Virus record (IMG/VR): IMGVR_UViG_3300035501_000922
Length of the DNA stretch: 64,000 nt
Reading direction: 5' to 3' (one strand)
Source: a virus
Lineage: Duplodnaviria > Caudoviricetes
In this document: piece after piece, positions 20,857 through 31,026 of the stretch
Layout: every line of letters starts with the position of its first letter
Numbering within the stretch: position 1 is the stretch's first letter
Program-made: the position numbers and the translations under genes
Notes under the pieces: generated by a model
Told to the model about the DNA's origin: nothing
Database searches by the model: none
What the model saw: only the letters and a program-made list of their open reading frames with translations

Positions 20857-23488
20857 AATTTCTTTCAACATGAATAAAATTAGCTAATTCATATTTATGG
20901 TCTTTTTCATCATGGGAAAAATCTAAGTCAATAATATCAACTGGATATGATGAAAACATATCATTGTGAGTAATTAGAAAACTCTGTTCAGAGCCAATTC
21001 TCTCAATCTGGTTTTCAAGTATCTTAATAAACTTCTCTCTATTTTTTGTATCAAGTGGTCCATCTATTTCATCCAATAACATGATGTTATATTTGGATAA
21101 TGTTTGTGACGCAAGTCCAAATGACAATGCAATAGATAAAAAGCTGATTTCACCTTGAGATGCATACTTTACATCTCTAATTAATTTTCCTCTATTATAA
21201 AAAGGAATAGTAAATTCAGTTGGTGTGATTTTAAAGTTATCTATATAGATTTGACCATCATATGCTATGTCTAATAATTCATTTGTTATTTCTTCAGTAT
21301 TTCCAAGATAGCTTTTGATATAATAAAGAGACATACCTTTTTTAGATGATAAAGCTTCTTTTGTTAGTGTCATCTCATCAAATTTAACATAATAATTTTC
21401 AAGCTCTTTGTTTATCATATCATATTGAGTTAGTTTTGATGACAGCTCAGTAATCTTTTGATTAAGATTATCTATGGTCATTTTTGATTTATGAATTTCT
21501 AACTCTGTATTTTTAATAAGTTCACGATTTCGTCTGTATAACTCATACTCATCACTTAAAGTCTCAACTTCTTTTTCTATCTTATCATGAAGTTCAAATG
21601 TTTCCTTAAGCTCAGTATATGTTTCAAGACTATTTTCATATTCTTTATTTTTTTCAGTTAATGATGAAATTAACATCTTGAGTGATGATATCTTAGATTG
21701 GAACTCTTCAATTTGTTCTTTAGTATTTTCTATCTGCTCAGTTAAATATGACATATTTGAAATTCTTGAATATCTTTCAATATCCTTTTCAATAAAACTA
21801 CTGTTATCTTTAAGAGTAAGATAGTCATTATATTCTGTTACTAATGACATTAAATAGTTCATATCTTTTTCGTTATAAATTCTTTGCAGATTACCTATTG
21901 CATCATAAAGAGTATTAACAGAAAAAGAATTCTTTATATTATCAGGTAGTTTTTCGATTAATGATTTATATGGTGCAAAAGATAAAAGAACATCTCTTAT
22001 ATTCTTATATGCATATTCCATGTCTTTATAAAAAGAAAGGTCTTTCTTCTTTTCTTTTTCAACCTGATTAGTTTCTAGCAGATTTCCTACTTGTTTCCAT
22101 AATTGTCTAGCTTCACAGGTATCATTTGTACAACCATTAAAAACTGATGAAGATGAGAAATCAAAACGTTGGGAAACTGTTCTTAAAAATAACATTTGTG
22201 TATCTTCGCTTTCATCCATATTCATAATGTGTGTATTGATATACTGCATAGCATTACGATTTTCTTTTAATAAAGATATAATTTTCTTTATGGGTGATTT
22301 GCCAAATTCATAAGTTTTATCTAAAATCTGCTGTGTATTTTTTATAAAAACATAGAAATCATCAAATTCTGATTTAGTATAATCAGGGCTAAATCCACCA
22401 AGATTATCTTCAGCTTCACCAATCTTAACCGATAGCTTCCTGTGTTCTTCAAGCATATCATGAAGTTCTTTTTCACTTTTCTCTTCTTTATCATATTGGA
22501 CTTCAAAACTTCGTAATTGTTCTTGAAGCTGATTTAACATAGTTAAATGATTCTGAATAAGTATCTCAGATGATTCAATCTGAGTCTGTGCTTGGATGGA
22601 TAGCTTTTCTAGCTCTTGTATTTTTTCAGCGTAATACTCACTATCTGTAGATTCTAGCGACTCAGTATTTTCTAGTATCTTATTCATCTTATTCAGTTTC
22701 TTAACCGATGTTGAAAGTCTTTCTTTAAGAGTATCACAGTTCTCGATTTTAGAGATTTCAAATTCATATACTGAAATCAGTTTAGATAATTCACTATACT
22801 GCTCTTGCTGAAACTCTCTTTCAGATTCTAATAAATTAAGTTCATGAGTCACATCTTTTCTTTCAGTAATTCCTAATCTCTTGAGCTTATCTATATCATG
22901 AGAAATCATCTCTTTTAACTGATGTAGGTCATTATTTACTTTTTTATAGTAAGTTAAAAATATACCAATCTCATCAAGTAATTTACTCATGAATGTTTTT
23001 CTTTCAGTTTCTGATAAATCTATCATAGACGTTACATTACTGCCAATTCTAATAAGTTTCAAGTAATCAGGTTCTATACCCAATTCCTCTTTAATATATT
23101 CCTTGAACGACGTGACATTACCATTTACATTCAATTCATTATCATTTTTCATAATGTATGATTTAACACTATGGTTCTTATCTTTATGAGGAGTATAAAA
23201 ATGCTTAATGATATAATAATCATTATCATTTCGTATATGTATTTCTTTATATCCATCTTTATTTTCTAGTATCAGGTTTAAATTATCTCTCACATCGAGA
23301 TTTCCTAATCCTGCAAATGGATTTAATAAACTTAACAAACTGGTTTTGCCCGACCCGTTAGGTCCTATAAGCAAACATATTTTATTCATAGCTGTAGTAA
23401 AGTCAATTGTAATTTCATGAGAATTCATTGCATTACTTACAGCTGCAAAATTTCTTAGAATAATCTTTTCTATTTTCATTTTTATCAA
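20855..23488 (-). CDS. SbcC/Rad50-like SMC ATPase (T4 gp46-like recombination nuclease subunit)
   Basis: GPNGSGKT Walker A, long coiled coil with central C-x4-C, ASQGE signature, LLDEIDGPLD, LITH. Confidence 0.9.
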   Translation of the reverse strand: MIKMKIEKIILRNFAAVSNAMNSHEITIDFTTAMNKICLLIGPNGSGKTSLLSLLNPFAGLGNLDVRDNLNLILENKDGYKEIHIRNDNDYYIIKHFYTPHKDKNHSVKSYIMKNDNELNVNGNVTSFKEYIKEELGIEPDYLKLIRIGSNVTSMIDLSETERKTFMSKLLDEIGIFLTYYKKVNNDLHQLKEMISHDIDKLKRLGITERKDVTHELNLLESEREFQQEQYSELSKLISVYEFEISKIENCDTLKERLSTSVKKLNKMNKILENTESLESTDSEYYAEKIQELEKLSIQAQTQIESSEILIQNHLTMLNQLQEQLRSFEVQYDKEEKSEKELHDMLEEHRKLSVKIGEAEDNLGGFSPDYTKSEFDDFYVFIKNTQQILDKTYEFGKSPIKKIISLLKENRNAMQYINTHIMNMDESEDTQMLFLRTVSQRFDFSSSSVFNGCTNDTCEARQLWKQVGNLLETNQVEKEKKKDLSFYKDMEYAYKNIRDVLLSFAPYKSLIEKLPDNIKNSFSVNTLYDAIGNLQRIYNEKDMNYLMSLVTEYNDYLTLKDNSSFIEKDIERYSRISNMSYLTEQIENTKEQIEEFQSKISSLKMLISSLTEKNKEYENSLETYTELKETFELHDKIEKEVETLSDEYELYRRNRELIKNTELEIHKSKMTIDNLNQKITELSSKLTQYDMINKELENYYVKFDEMTLTKEALSSKKGMSLYYIKSYLGNTEEITNELLDIAYDGQIYIDNFKITPTEFTIPFYNRGKLIRDVKYASQGEISFLSIALSFGLASQTLSKYNIMLLDEIDGPLDTKNREKFIKILENQIERIGSEQSFLITHNDMFSSYPVDIIDLDFSHDEKDHKYELANFIHVERN

Positions 23489-23539
23489 AACCTTTCTTGA
23501 GGGTTATTTTTACGTTATTACAAATATAAACATATAGAT

Positions 23540-23866
23540 AACTATTCAATGAACGTAAACAATAAAAACTCCAAGTATAATGCTAGATTTCGCACTTGAA
23601 TTATAAGCTTAACTTAACAGATTTCCATTCTAGCTTTTGCTTGTTTACATAAATTAGCGTTTTTCATAACAATTCATATTACGCTTTTTACGCTTTGCTT
23701 TTTATTCAATGCCTGCCCTGAGAATAATTTTCGTCGTTAAATGCTATTTTAGCATCCTCCTAATCAACAAACAAATTTACAAAACGAATTGTTATGATTT
23801 TTCTATTAAGGCGTACCTCCGAATGAAATGTGCATATACCATTTTGGTATATGCACATTTCTTTTT
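23540..23866 (+). ncRNA. Candidate ~325-nt non-coding RNA B
   Basis: AACA-N6-TA at 23529-23540; terminator 23825-23862; only tiny ORFs; internal inverted repeat CATAACAATTC/GAATTGTTATG; segment complementary to candidate RNA A. Confidence 0.4.
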
Positions 23867-25190
23867 ATTTCAAGTTATAAATTGATTTAACCATATCATT
23901 TATGTACTCTACATTTACACATACAAGAATTCTATATGTATAAAATGGTGATTTATTATTAAAGTATATTGTCATTGTATTATAGTCAATTTTATAATCA
24001 GTACCCTCATGTATTAATTCACCTTGTCTACGAACTTTTATATCTAAAAATTCCAGTAATGGTAAGCCGTTATCAAGATGGTACTTAATATTTGCTCTAA
24101 TAGAATTATTAAGTAATTCATCAATGCAGATTGAATCGAATTCTTTTTCAAGTCTACATGATGCTTTGTTAAATAAATGCCAACCCGGACGTAGATTCAA
24201 ATCATCACGTGTTAAAACATCTGTAAATACAGGTATAACTTTACTTGATTCAGCATCAATCTTAGGAAGATTTAAATCATAGATATTATCAGAAAATACA
24301 TAATAAAAACCAGTACTGTAGAACTCAAGTTTTATTGAAAATGTAACTTGATATTGGTTCATTATATGCCCAACTTTTTCACCATCATCCCAGTTTAAAT
24401 CTGTAAATGTAGTATCAATATGTGTTGGATAATATCTATAAAACTCCCTAGTTCCTGTACTTCCCTGTAGTTTATATGTAACAGGTGTTTGGCAATTCTG
24501 CTCTAAATACTGTAGAAATTCTCTTGTGGAGTTTTCCTTATCAAATAAAGGTTTACCGGTAATATCTGATATAATCTTCAGCATTTCTTGCGGAATATAA
24601 CTTTCAAGGAATGTAGGAACAAACTTTGAGCTATTCCACGGAAGTGCATTTTGTAAGTAATGGACGTAATCAATCTGGTTCATTAATGTAGCAAATATCA
24701 TTATAACATCAACGTACATTACTGAACGATTCTGTTGATACTTAATCATTAAATCATTTTGAGGGTCTTCAAAAAATGGTTGTAAATTAGTTGTACCCCA
24801 TGTATTATAAATATCATATTGTCTTTCAATAAGTGAAGTTCCTTTTAAAAATCTATCTTCATCCATACCTGCAATTCTTGGACGAAAAATAATCATCGGT
24901 TTACTTTTCTTCAAAAACTCATGGTCAGTACTTCTAATCTGTCTATGTGCAATCTTTGAATTAACATGAACCGTTTTAAAAAGGTCATCAGGCATTAAGT
25001 CCAAAACATACTTTTGTATCCATGCTAATACGTTGCCATATGTATGTGACATACTTGTCATCATTGTAACATACCTTTTATCTTTTTGCTTTCTATTTTG
25101 AATAGTAGATGCATCTACCATTTGTGAATATTTTTTAGCACGTTCTTTTTCTAATTGGTCTCTTTGGTATCTATACATATAATTATTCAC
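23865..25190 (-). CDS. Hypothetical protein, probably virion structural
   Basis: 441 aa; GAGGTG RBS; late-type promoter at 25207-25218. Confidence 0.55.
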   Translation of the reverse strand: MNNYMYRYQRDQLEKERAKKYSQMVDASTIQNRKQKDKRYVTMMTSMSHTYGNVLAWIQKYVLDLMPDDLFKTVHVNSKIAHRQIRSTDHEFLKKSKPMIIFRPRIAGMDEDRFLKGTSLIERQYDIYNTWGTTNLQPFFEDPQNDLMIKYQQNRSVMYVDVIMIFATLMNQIDYVHYLQNALPWNSSKFVPTFLESYIPQEMLKIISDITGKPLFDKENSTREFLQYLEQNCQTPVTYKLQGSTGTREFYRYYPTHIDTTFTDLNWDDGEKVGHIMNQYQVTFSIKLEFYSTGFYYVFSDNIYDLNLPKIDAESSKVIPVFTDVLTRDDLNLRPGWHLFNKASCRLEKEFDSICIDELLNNSIRANIKYHLDNGLPLLEFLDIKVRRQGELIHEGTDYKIDYNTMTIYFNNKSPFYTYRILVCVNVEYINDMVKSIYNLK

Positions 25191-25268
25191 CTCATCATCT
25201 GTATGTTAGTACTTTGTTTTTTATTAAAAATAACACAATTTATTAAATATTAAAAGGAGTGAAAAGTA

Positions 25269-25901
25269 ATGAAAAAGAAAATTATTTGTGTGGTGGGAGA
25301 ATCTGGTGCTGGGAAAGACACTATAGTAAATAATGCAATACAACTATCAAAAAAAGAGTATAAGAATATGAGGTTAAAACCGATTGTTTCTTATACGACA
25401 CGCCCAAAGAGAGAACGTGAAACTGATGGTGTTGAGCATTATTTTATAAGTACTGAAAAAGCACATGAACTTCTCACTACTCAACAGATTATAGCATATA
25501 CCAAAATACACGATAAAACATCAGGTGTGGAGGGTTTTGAATATTTTGCTACAATTGAAAATATTGGTGACTCTAATATCTACATTATAGACCCAAATGG
25601 TATAGCTTATTTAATGAAGTATGTACGGTCTGGAGATATAGATATATCTATTATCTATATACACGTACCATCATTTATTAGAAAGCTTAGGTCAATGAAA
25701 AGACATGATGACCCTGTAGCATATAAAAACAGAGTTATGAACGAAAAGAGGCAATTCAAAACATTCAGAAAAGCAATCCGTTGTGGAGCATACAAAAATG
25801 CGCATGTTTTACTGAATATTTCTGGAATGCAGAATAAAGTTACTAGACGTTTTTGTGCAATAGCAAAAAAATTCTTAGAGGAGGATACAGAAAATGTATG
25901 A
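25269..25901 (+). CDS. gmk: Guanylate kinase
   Basis: GESGAGKDT P-loop; SYTTRPKRERETDGVEHYF signature. Confidence 0.85.
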   Translation: MKKKIICVVGESGAGKDTIVNNAIQLSKKEYKNMRLKPIVSYTTRPKRERETDGVEHYFISTEKAHELLTTQQIIAYTKIHDKTSGVEGFEYFATIENIGDSNIYIIDPNGIAYLMKYVRSGDIDISIIYIHVPSFIRKLRSMKRHDDPVAYKNRVMNEKRQFKTFRKAIRCGAYKNAHVLLNISGMQNKVTRRFCAIAKKFLEEDTENV

Positions 25902-26346
25902 CAGCTACGACGACACTATGAAACATATCAGAATCGTTCGGGATGTATTTGATAATACAATCATTCCTGAATTAGAAACCCGAAAAAGAGACCATGACAT
26001 TTCAAAACTTCAACCCCCTGAAAAGGAAACGTATGATAAATACATTCCTTTATTGCAGGAAGTGAAGTATGGTACACCTGAGTATAATGAAATCAAAGAT
26101 AAGATGGCTGCAGAAGGAACTGCACATCACTATGAGGTAAACAGACATCATCCTGAACATTTTGAAAACGGAATTAGAGATATGACGTTAATAGATGTAA
26201 TTGAGATGTTTGTAGATTGGTACTCTGCCAGTAAACGTTCTGATACTGGATTTGAAGAAGGTCTTAACAATAATAAAACTAGATTTGATATGCCCGATGA
26301 ACTATATCAAATTATGGTAAATACTTATAACGAGTATTTTAAATAA
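25894..26346 (+). CDS. HD-like metal-dependent hydrolase (DUF5662-like)
   Basis: HDISKL, HHYEVNRHHPEHF and EMFVDW motifs. Confidence 0.65.
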   Translation: MYDSYDDTMKHIRIVRDVFDNTIIPELETRKRDHDISKLQPPEKETYDKYIPLLQEVKYGTPEYNEIKDKMAAEGTAHHYEVNRHHPEHFENGIRDMTLIDVIEMFVDWYSASKRSDTGFEEGLNNNKTRFDMPDELYQIMVNTYNEYFK

Positions 26347-26384
26347 AAAAATAAGGTGAGTGATTAATTTCACTCACCTTATTT

Positions 26385-27470
26385 TTAATCATACTTTCCT
26401 TTATTAATCATCTTCATCACGAACTTGTGAATTTTCTTATCGTTGATAATAAAATCAGCATACACAAGTGCACGAATTCCGATGGAGAGATAAAGGTCGT
26501 CGTTTACATTACTGTAGTTTGTCATTATTAGAGGTTCTGCAGTATTAAATGCTTTATACATACTTGGTCTCTTTTTATACTTATGCTCGATAAGAATTGA
26601 ACTACCAAGCTCCTCTATAAGTCGTATCAAATCATGTTCTCTTGTTGCTCCCTCGATATATTCAAACGATGGGATATTCTCTAAGTCTAAATCATTTGTT
26701 GATAGCATATATGCAATTCGTAGTAACGAATATATCACCATGTCATCAGACATAAAGTCCTCTGTTAGAATATTAGCAGGATGAACACCTGTGCGCAATT
26801 CTGTGATTGCTGCATATATGGTTTTATTAAGTTTCTTCGAATTAACCTTCTTTTTCAGATACGATGAATGCATGAGATTTTTCATTAATATATTACTATA
26901 GTCATTTCCGTTAATCATGCATAAACAAAGTCTCTGAATGTCAGCGAGTAAATCTTTTAGATAAAAATAACTATGCTCGTATGGACCAAACTTATTATGA
27001 CTTTTATAATATCGGTTCATACTTATCTTTTCAAGACTACACATTATATCCTGAAGATATGCCGTCAGAAAACGACATTTAAAAATCAATGTGTTCATTT
27101 CATACTTGTTATTCTTCTCCCATTCCAAATCACTAAGTTCTGTGAATTCGATATTTTTGGGTCCTATTGGTCCTGACACAGTACCATACGTTTCAGATGT
27201 TGAGAAATATGCATCTGGGTCAATACCATTAATAACGGTAATTAACTTTGCAATATACGACTGCGCCTCAGCACAAGCAACACCAAATACTTGCTCAGGT
27301 TCAGAATAAGCATCATGTTTCTTAACCTTTACACCTAAGTATTTGTCACACTTGTTAACTTCTTTCGTTAAACTCTCTTCATCAAAACTAAATTTTAGTC
27401 TTCTCATTTTTACATCAGTCCTTTCTATTTTAGAAACGAGTTTATTCAAAGGAATGATGTATAAGTTCAA
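26385..27470 (-). CDS. Hypothetical protein
   Basis: 361 aa ORF; start uncertain (ATG 27407 has an RBS). Confidence 0.55.
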   Translation of the reverse strand: MNLYIIPLNKLVSKIERTDVKMRRLKFSFDEESLTKEVNKCDKYLGVKVKKHDAYSEPEQVFGVACAEAQSYIAKLITVINGIDPDAYFSTSETYGTVSGPIGPKNIEFTELSDLEWEKNNKYEMNTLIFKCRFLTAYLQDIMCSLEKISMNRYYKSHNKFGPYEHSYFYLKDLLADIQRLCLCMINGNDYSNILMKNLMHSSYLKKKVNSKKLNKTIYAAITELRTGVHPANILTEDFMSDDMVIYSLLRIAYMLSTNDLDLENIPSFEYIEGATREHDLIRLIEELGSSILIEHKYKKRPSMYKAFNTAEPLIMTNYSNVNDDLYLSIGIRALVYADFIINDKKIHKFVMKMINKGKYD

Positions 27471-27522
27471 TAAAAGAATGTATTGGTAACTAATTAGTTA
27501 CCAATACATTCATATATGTTTA

Positions 27523-29172
27523 TTAGCTAACATCTACACTCGAATCCATCCAAAGACATGAATAACCCGGATTAGATTCACTTATAACGATAGCATCAAG
27601 ACCATCGAGTTTAGTCTTATCAGCAGCCGACATTAAGCCCGCTTTTGAAGTTGTAGCATTTGAATAAGTTGTATTCTGATAGTATACTACTCCATCAATA
27701 ATGGGTGATGCAGTATAACCACTTGTAGTACTTACAGTTGATGTTGTCTTAACACCACCAAGTGTAGTAGACGCAGTTGGTAATACGTAGTTATTAGCAC
27801 CTTCTGCTATACTATCTAATTTCTTTTTATCTGCAGCTGACATTAAACCATCAGCTGATGTTGTTGCATCTGTATATGTAGTATCTGTAAATACTGCATT
27901 TGCAGGTACACTTGTAGCAATGGTATAACCACTATCTTTTACAGTGTAACCATCTGAACCCCATGTAACAACATGGTCTGCTGTAGTGCCAGATGCGAGA
28001 CCTTTTACCTGTTTGTTATTAGTTACATTTCCGAGTCCAATATTAGCAGGAGTAATGTTTACATTACCAGTTCTGTACGACGATTCGGAATTACCCTTAA
28101 CGCCTGTAACGGCATCAGTATTGTCAATCTTCTGCCAACCAACACCTGTAGAAATAACCCAGTCACCCGTGTTAATATCTAAACTAGCGAATGTACTAGA
28201 TGCAGTAGCAATATAGTAAATTCCTTCATTAGCTGTATAGCCGGTAGTATCTGCAGTATTATTCGTAAGTGTGATTGTCGATGATGTTGTATTTAATTTT
28301 GATTTCGCATTATTTGTTAATGTTGCGGTTGTTCCAGATAATGTACCACCATATACCATTTGACCAAGCATATAGTCAGGTAAATAAGCAGTATTAATCT
28401 TATTATTGGCAATAAGACTATTTGTACCATCCGGTGATTTATTAACGTAAGTACTTGATGCTGTTCCGGGTGTGAGATAATCAGTATCTGCTGTTAACGC
28501 ATCCTGTTTTGCATTCCACTTAGTTCTTTCATCTGCAGTAATGTGTATAGTTGTGTTTCCAGTATGTGTAGTTAAATCTGAGCTAGATGCTTTAGCATTT
28601 AACTGGGTTTGTACATTAACCGTTACACCAGATAAGTAATTAATTTCTGTTGCTGTAGCAGTAATATCTGTTAAATCCGAAACTGTATGAGTATGAGTTT
28701 TTGCAGCTTTACCATTTAATAAATCAGTTAACTCTTTCTGTCTGATAGTACCATCTGTATTTGTTCCAGTACCAGTATAAAGTTTAACAATTCCTGCAGT
28801 GGTATCAGTTGCTGCTGATGTAGTTGGTAATGTTAATGTTTTAGTAGTTCCATCACCATAAGTGTATGTAATAACATTACTATTATTACTTAAACCTTTA
28901 ATATACGTTGTTGCAATAGTCTGATTTTTACTGTCTTTTGTTGCAGCTTCTGCTAACGTATCATGGTCTTTAAATGCTAACGCACCAAGATTATTTAAAA
29001 TTCCTGATAATTTACTAACCCCAGTAGGTAATTTATTACTGGTTACATTATCAGAAAAAATGATATCATCACTCGTACTTGTTGGATATAATATGTTAAC
29101 AACCTCGTTGTTGGATGAATCAACAACAAGTTTTTTCATTAGAACATGATATTCATTCGTTGTAGTTGCCAT
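27523..29172 (-). CDS. Tail fibre / head-fibre-like protein
   Basis: Thr-rich; GIVKLY, HTH and repeated GLMSAADKxKLD fibre motifs. Confidence 0.75.
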   Translation of the reverse strand: MATTTNEYHVLMKKLVVDSSNNEVVNILYPTSTSDDIIFSDNVTSNKLPTGVSKLSGILNNLGALAFKDHDTLAEAATKDSKNQTIATTYIKGLSNNSNVITYTYGDGTTKTLTLPTTSAATDTTAGIVKLYTGTGTNTDGTIRQKELTDLLNGKAAKTHTHTVSDLTDITATATEINYLSGVTVNVQTQLNAKASSSDLTTHTGNTTIHITADERTKWNAKQDALTADTDYLTPGTASSTYVNKSPDGTNSLIANNKINTAYLPDYMLGQMVYGGTLSGTTATLTNNAKSKLNTTSSTITLTNNTADTTGYTANEGIYYIATASSTFASLDINTGDWVISTGVGWQKIDNTDAVTGVKGNSESSYRTGNVNITPANIGLGNVTNNKQVKGLASGTTADHVVTWGSDGYTVKDSGYTIATSVPANAVFTDTTYTDATTSADGLMSAADKKKLDSIAEGANNYVLPTASTTLGGVKTTSTVSTTSGYTASPIIDGVVYYQNTTYSNATTSKAGLMSAADKTKLDGLDAIVISESNPGYSCLWMDSSVDVS

Positions 29173-29229
29173 ATATCTTACCTTCTTTCTTATAGGCTTT
29201 TTTAAATAACTGTACTCTGAAAATCAACA

Positions 29230-29691
29230 CTAAAAAAGTTTATAGTCTTTATACTCTTCATTAAAGAATATATATCGTAGTTCATCATCGACTATAATTG
29301 CAATAAAGGAAATAAAAAACCATAATACTGAAAAGTAAAGACAAATTTGACCGTTAAGATTAAAAGGTAAATCTGAATAGTCCCAAACATTCCAACCCAA
29401 TCTTATGTTTACAATATAACCAGTTATATATTCTAATACAGTAATTATTACTGCACTTATGGACATTTGCTTTACTAATGACAAATCCCATGAATACCAG
29501 TTATTTAAACCACCGACAAGAACACCACTTAAGCCGCCTAATATAAACATAGATATATTTGAGTATCCCCTATATGTGAGTTCTATCAAAATATAAATCG
29601 AACCATCTATAATAAACAACGTTAAGTATTTTACAATGGTCAATAATATAAAACGAATTATTCTTGAAGTTTTACTTTCATCTTTTAGCAT
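29230..29691 (-). CDS. Membrane protein (CmpB/DUF1113-like) next to tail fibres
   Basis: IELTYRGYS, LEYITG, VWDYSDLPFNLNGQICL motifs; 4 TM segments. Confidence 0.7.
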   Translation of the reverse strand: MLKDESKTSRIIRFILLTIVKYLTLFIIDGSIYILIELTYRGYSNISMFILGGLSGVLVGGLNNWYSWDLSLVKQMSISAVIITVLEYITGYIVNIRLGWNVWDYSDLPFNLNGQICLYFSVLWFFISFIAIIVDDELRYIFFNEEYKDYKLF

Positions 29692-29762
29692 AACTTATCA
29701 CCCTTTCGAAAAGAAAAAAGATGATATGATGAAATTAATCATCATATCATCTTACATAATTC

Positions 29763-29951
29763 TTACTCTACAGGCTCAACGATTTCGGGCGTAACAGTGT
29801 TTTCTGCAGACGCCTGCGGATCCTCAGGACTCTGAAGAATCTTAACAGCATCCACTATCATGTTAGCGTTCGAAACACCAACGATAGTCACCTGATCGAG
29901 TAATCTCAGTACCTGATTGATACTTTCAATCTTGTATTCTACGGTATCCAT
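29763..29951 (-). CDS. Small hypothetical protein
   Basis: AAAGGGG RBS before ATG 29951. Confidence 0.55.
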   Translation of the reverse strand: MDTVEYKIESINQVLRLLDQVTIVGVSNANMIVDAVKILQSPEDPQASAENTVTPEIVEPVE

Positions 29952-30000
29952 TTTTAAAACCCCTTTCAGATTTTTATGTAAGTGTATATGCAATTAATTT

Positions 30001-30966
30001 TTATTCAGTAGTTGCATCAACACTATCTTCTACATCTGATAAATCCTCAGATTCACTAGGTGTGGTAACTGGCTCTTCAGAAGATTCCTCTGTAGTTTCA
30101 GTTTCAGTAGTTTCTTCTACTGAATCAGTATTTTCCTCTGTGGAAGATTCATTGTTATCACTCGTATCAGGTGTACTAACTTCATCTGTTGTTTCAGTCT
30201 GATTATCAGAAGTCTCACCAGACTCACTATTACCAGTTTCTTCAACAGTTTCCTCAGATTCCTCTACACCATACTTCTTGAAGTCAATATCAATAGCCTG
30301 AGCTTCTTCAGCAGTAGTTGCAGTTCTGATAAGAATCTCATTATGCTGCTGATAGGTAACAATCGGCTTAACATAATTAAGCATCTGAAGATACAATGCC
30401 ACAAGCTCCTCAAATGTGTAAGGAGTACATTCTTCGCCAGTTTCATTCCACGATAAAGGAACCGTAACTCCTATAGCCTGTGCATATGTATATGCATTAA
30501 GCATACCAGTTAACTGATTCTGTTTATCTGATGTAACAGTGTATGTTTTGCCATCAATAACCATGGGGTTATTAAATAAATAATCTTCAAGGTTCTTCTT
30601 ATTCTTTCTAATAAGATAATCCTTAAGCTCATCAAGAGTAAGCTGAGATTCATCAACGTCATACGTTAATTCAGCAATCTCATTCTTAAGTCTCTTAATT
30701 TCTTCTTCCGAAGAAAGGGGAGGATAAACTCTCTCACCGGTTGTATTATCGCAGATAATACCTTTATCGGGGTCGTATACCATAAAGAGCTTAACATCAT
30801 CACTTACAGGAAGTGCATATGCACAGCCTGTGTTCTTTCTAAAATCTTCAAGAGAATATTCACTGGAGACATCAACGATCTGCGTAACTTCAAGTTGATA
30901 GTATGACTCCTTATCGGGAACATTACTCATATCATAAAAAATTGATTTAATTAAAGCACCTTTCAT
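30001..30966 (-). CDS. Tail fibre assembly-like protein (DUF4376-like) with long acidic tail
   Basis: YTVTSDKQNQL...WNETGEEC...YQQ motif; E/T/S-rich C-terminus; directly after a fibre gene. Confidence 0.55.
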   Translation of the reverse strand: MKGALIKSIFYDMSNVPDKESYYQLEVTQIVDVSSEYSLEDFRKNTGCAYALPVSDDVKLFMVYDPDKGIICDNTTGERVYPPLSSEEEIKRLKNEIAELTYDVDESQLTLDELKDYLIRKNKKNLEDYLFNNPMVIDGKTYTVTSDKQNQLTGMLNAYTYAQAIGVTVPLSWNETGEECTPYTFEELVALYLQMLNYVKPIVTYQQHNEILIRTATTAEEAQAIDIDFKKYGVEESEETVEETGNSESGETSDNQTETTDEVSTPDTSDNNESSTEENTDSVEETTETETTEESSEEPVTTPSESEDLSDVEDSVDATTE

Positions 30967-31026
30967 TATATAAACCTTCTTTCTCAAAATTAAATTGTGT
31001 TTAAGTTATTGATTTAAAATATTGTC

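Noticed and set aside
23540-23866. CRISPR mini-array, tmRNA or tRNA in the large gap
   Set aside because: No regular repeat-spacer periodicity, no tRNA-like acceptor/T arm, and the short ORF lacks a tag-like ending.
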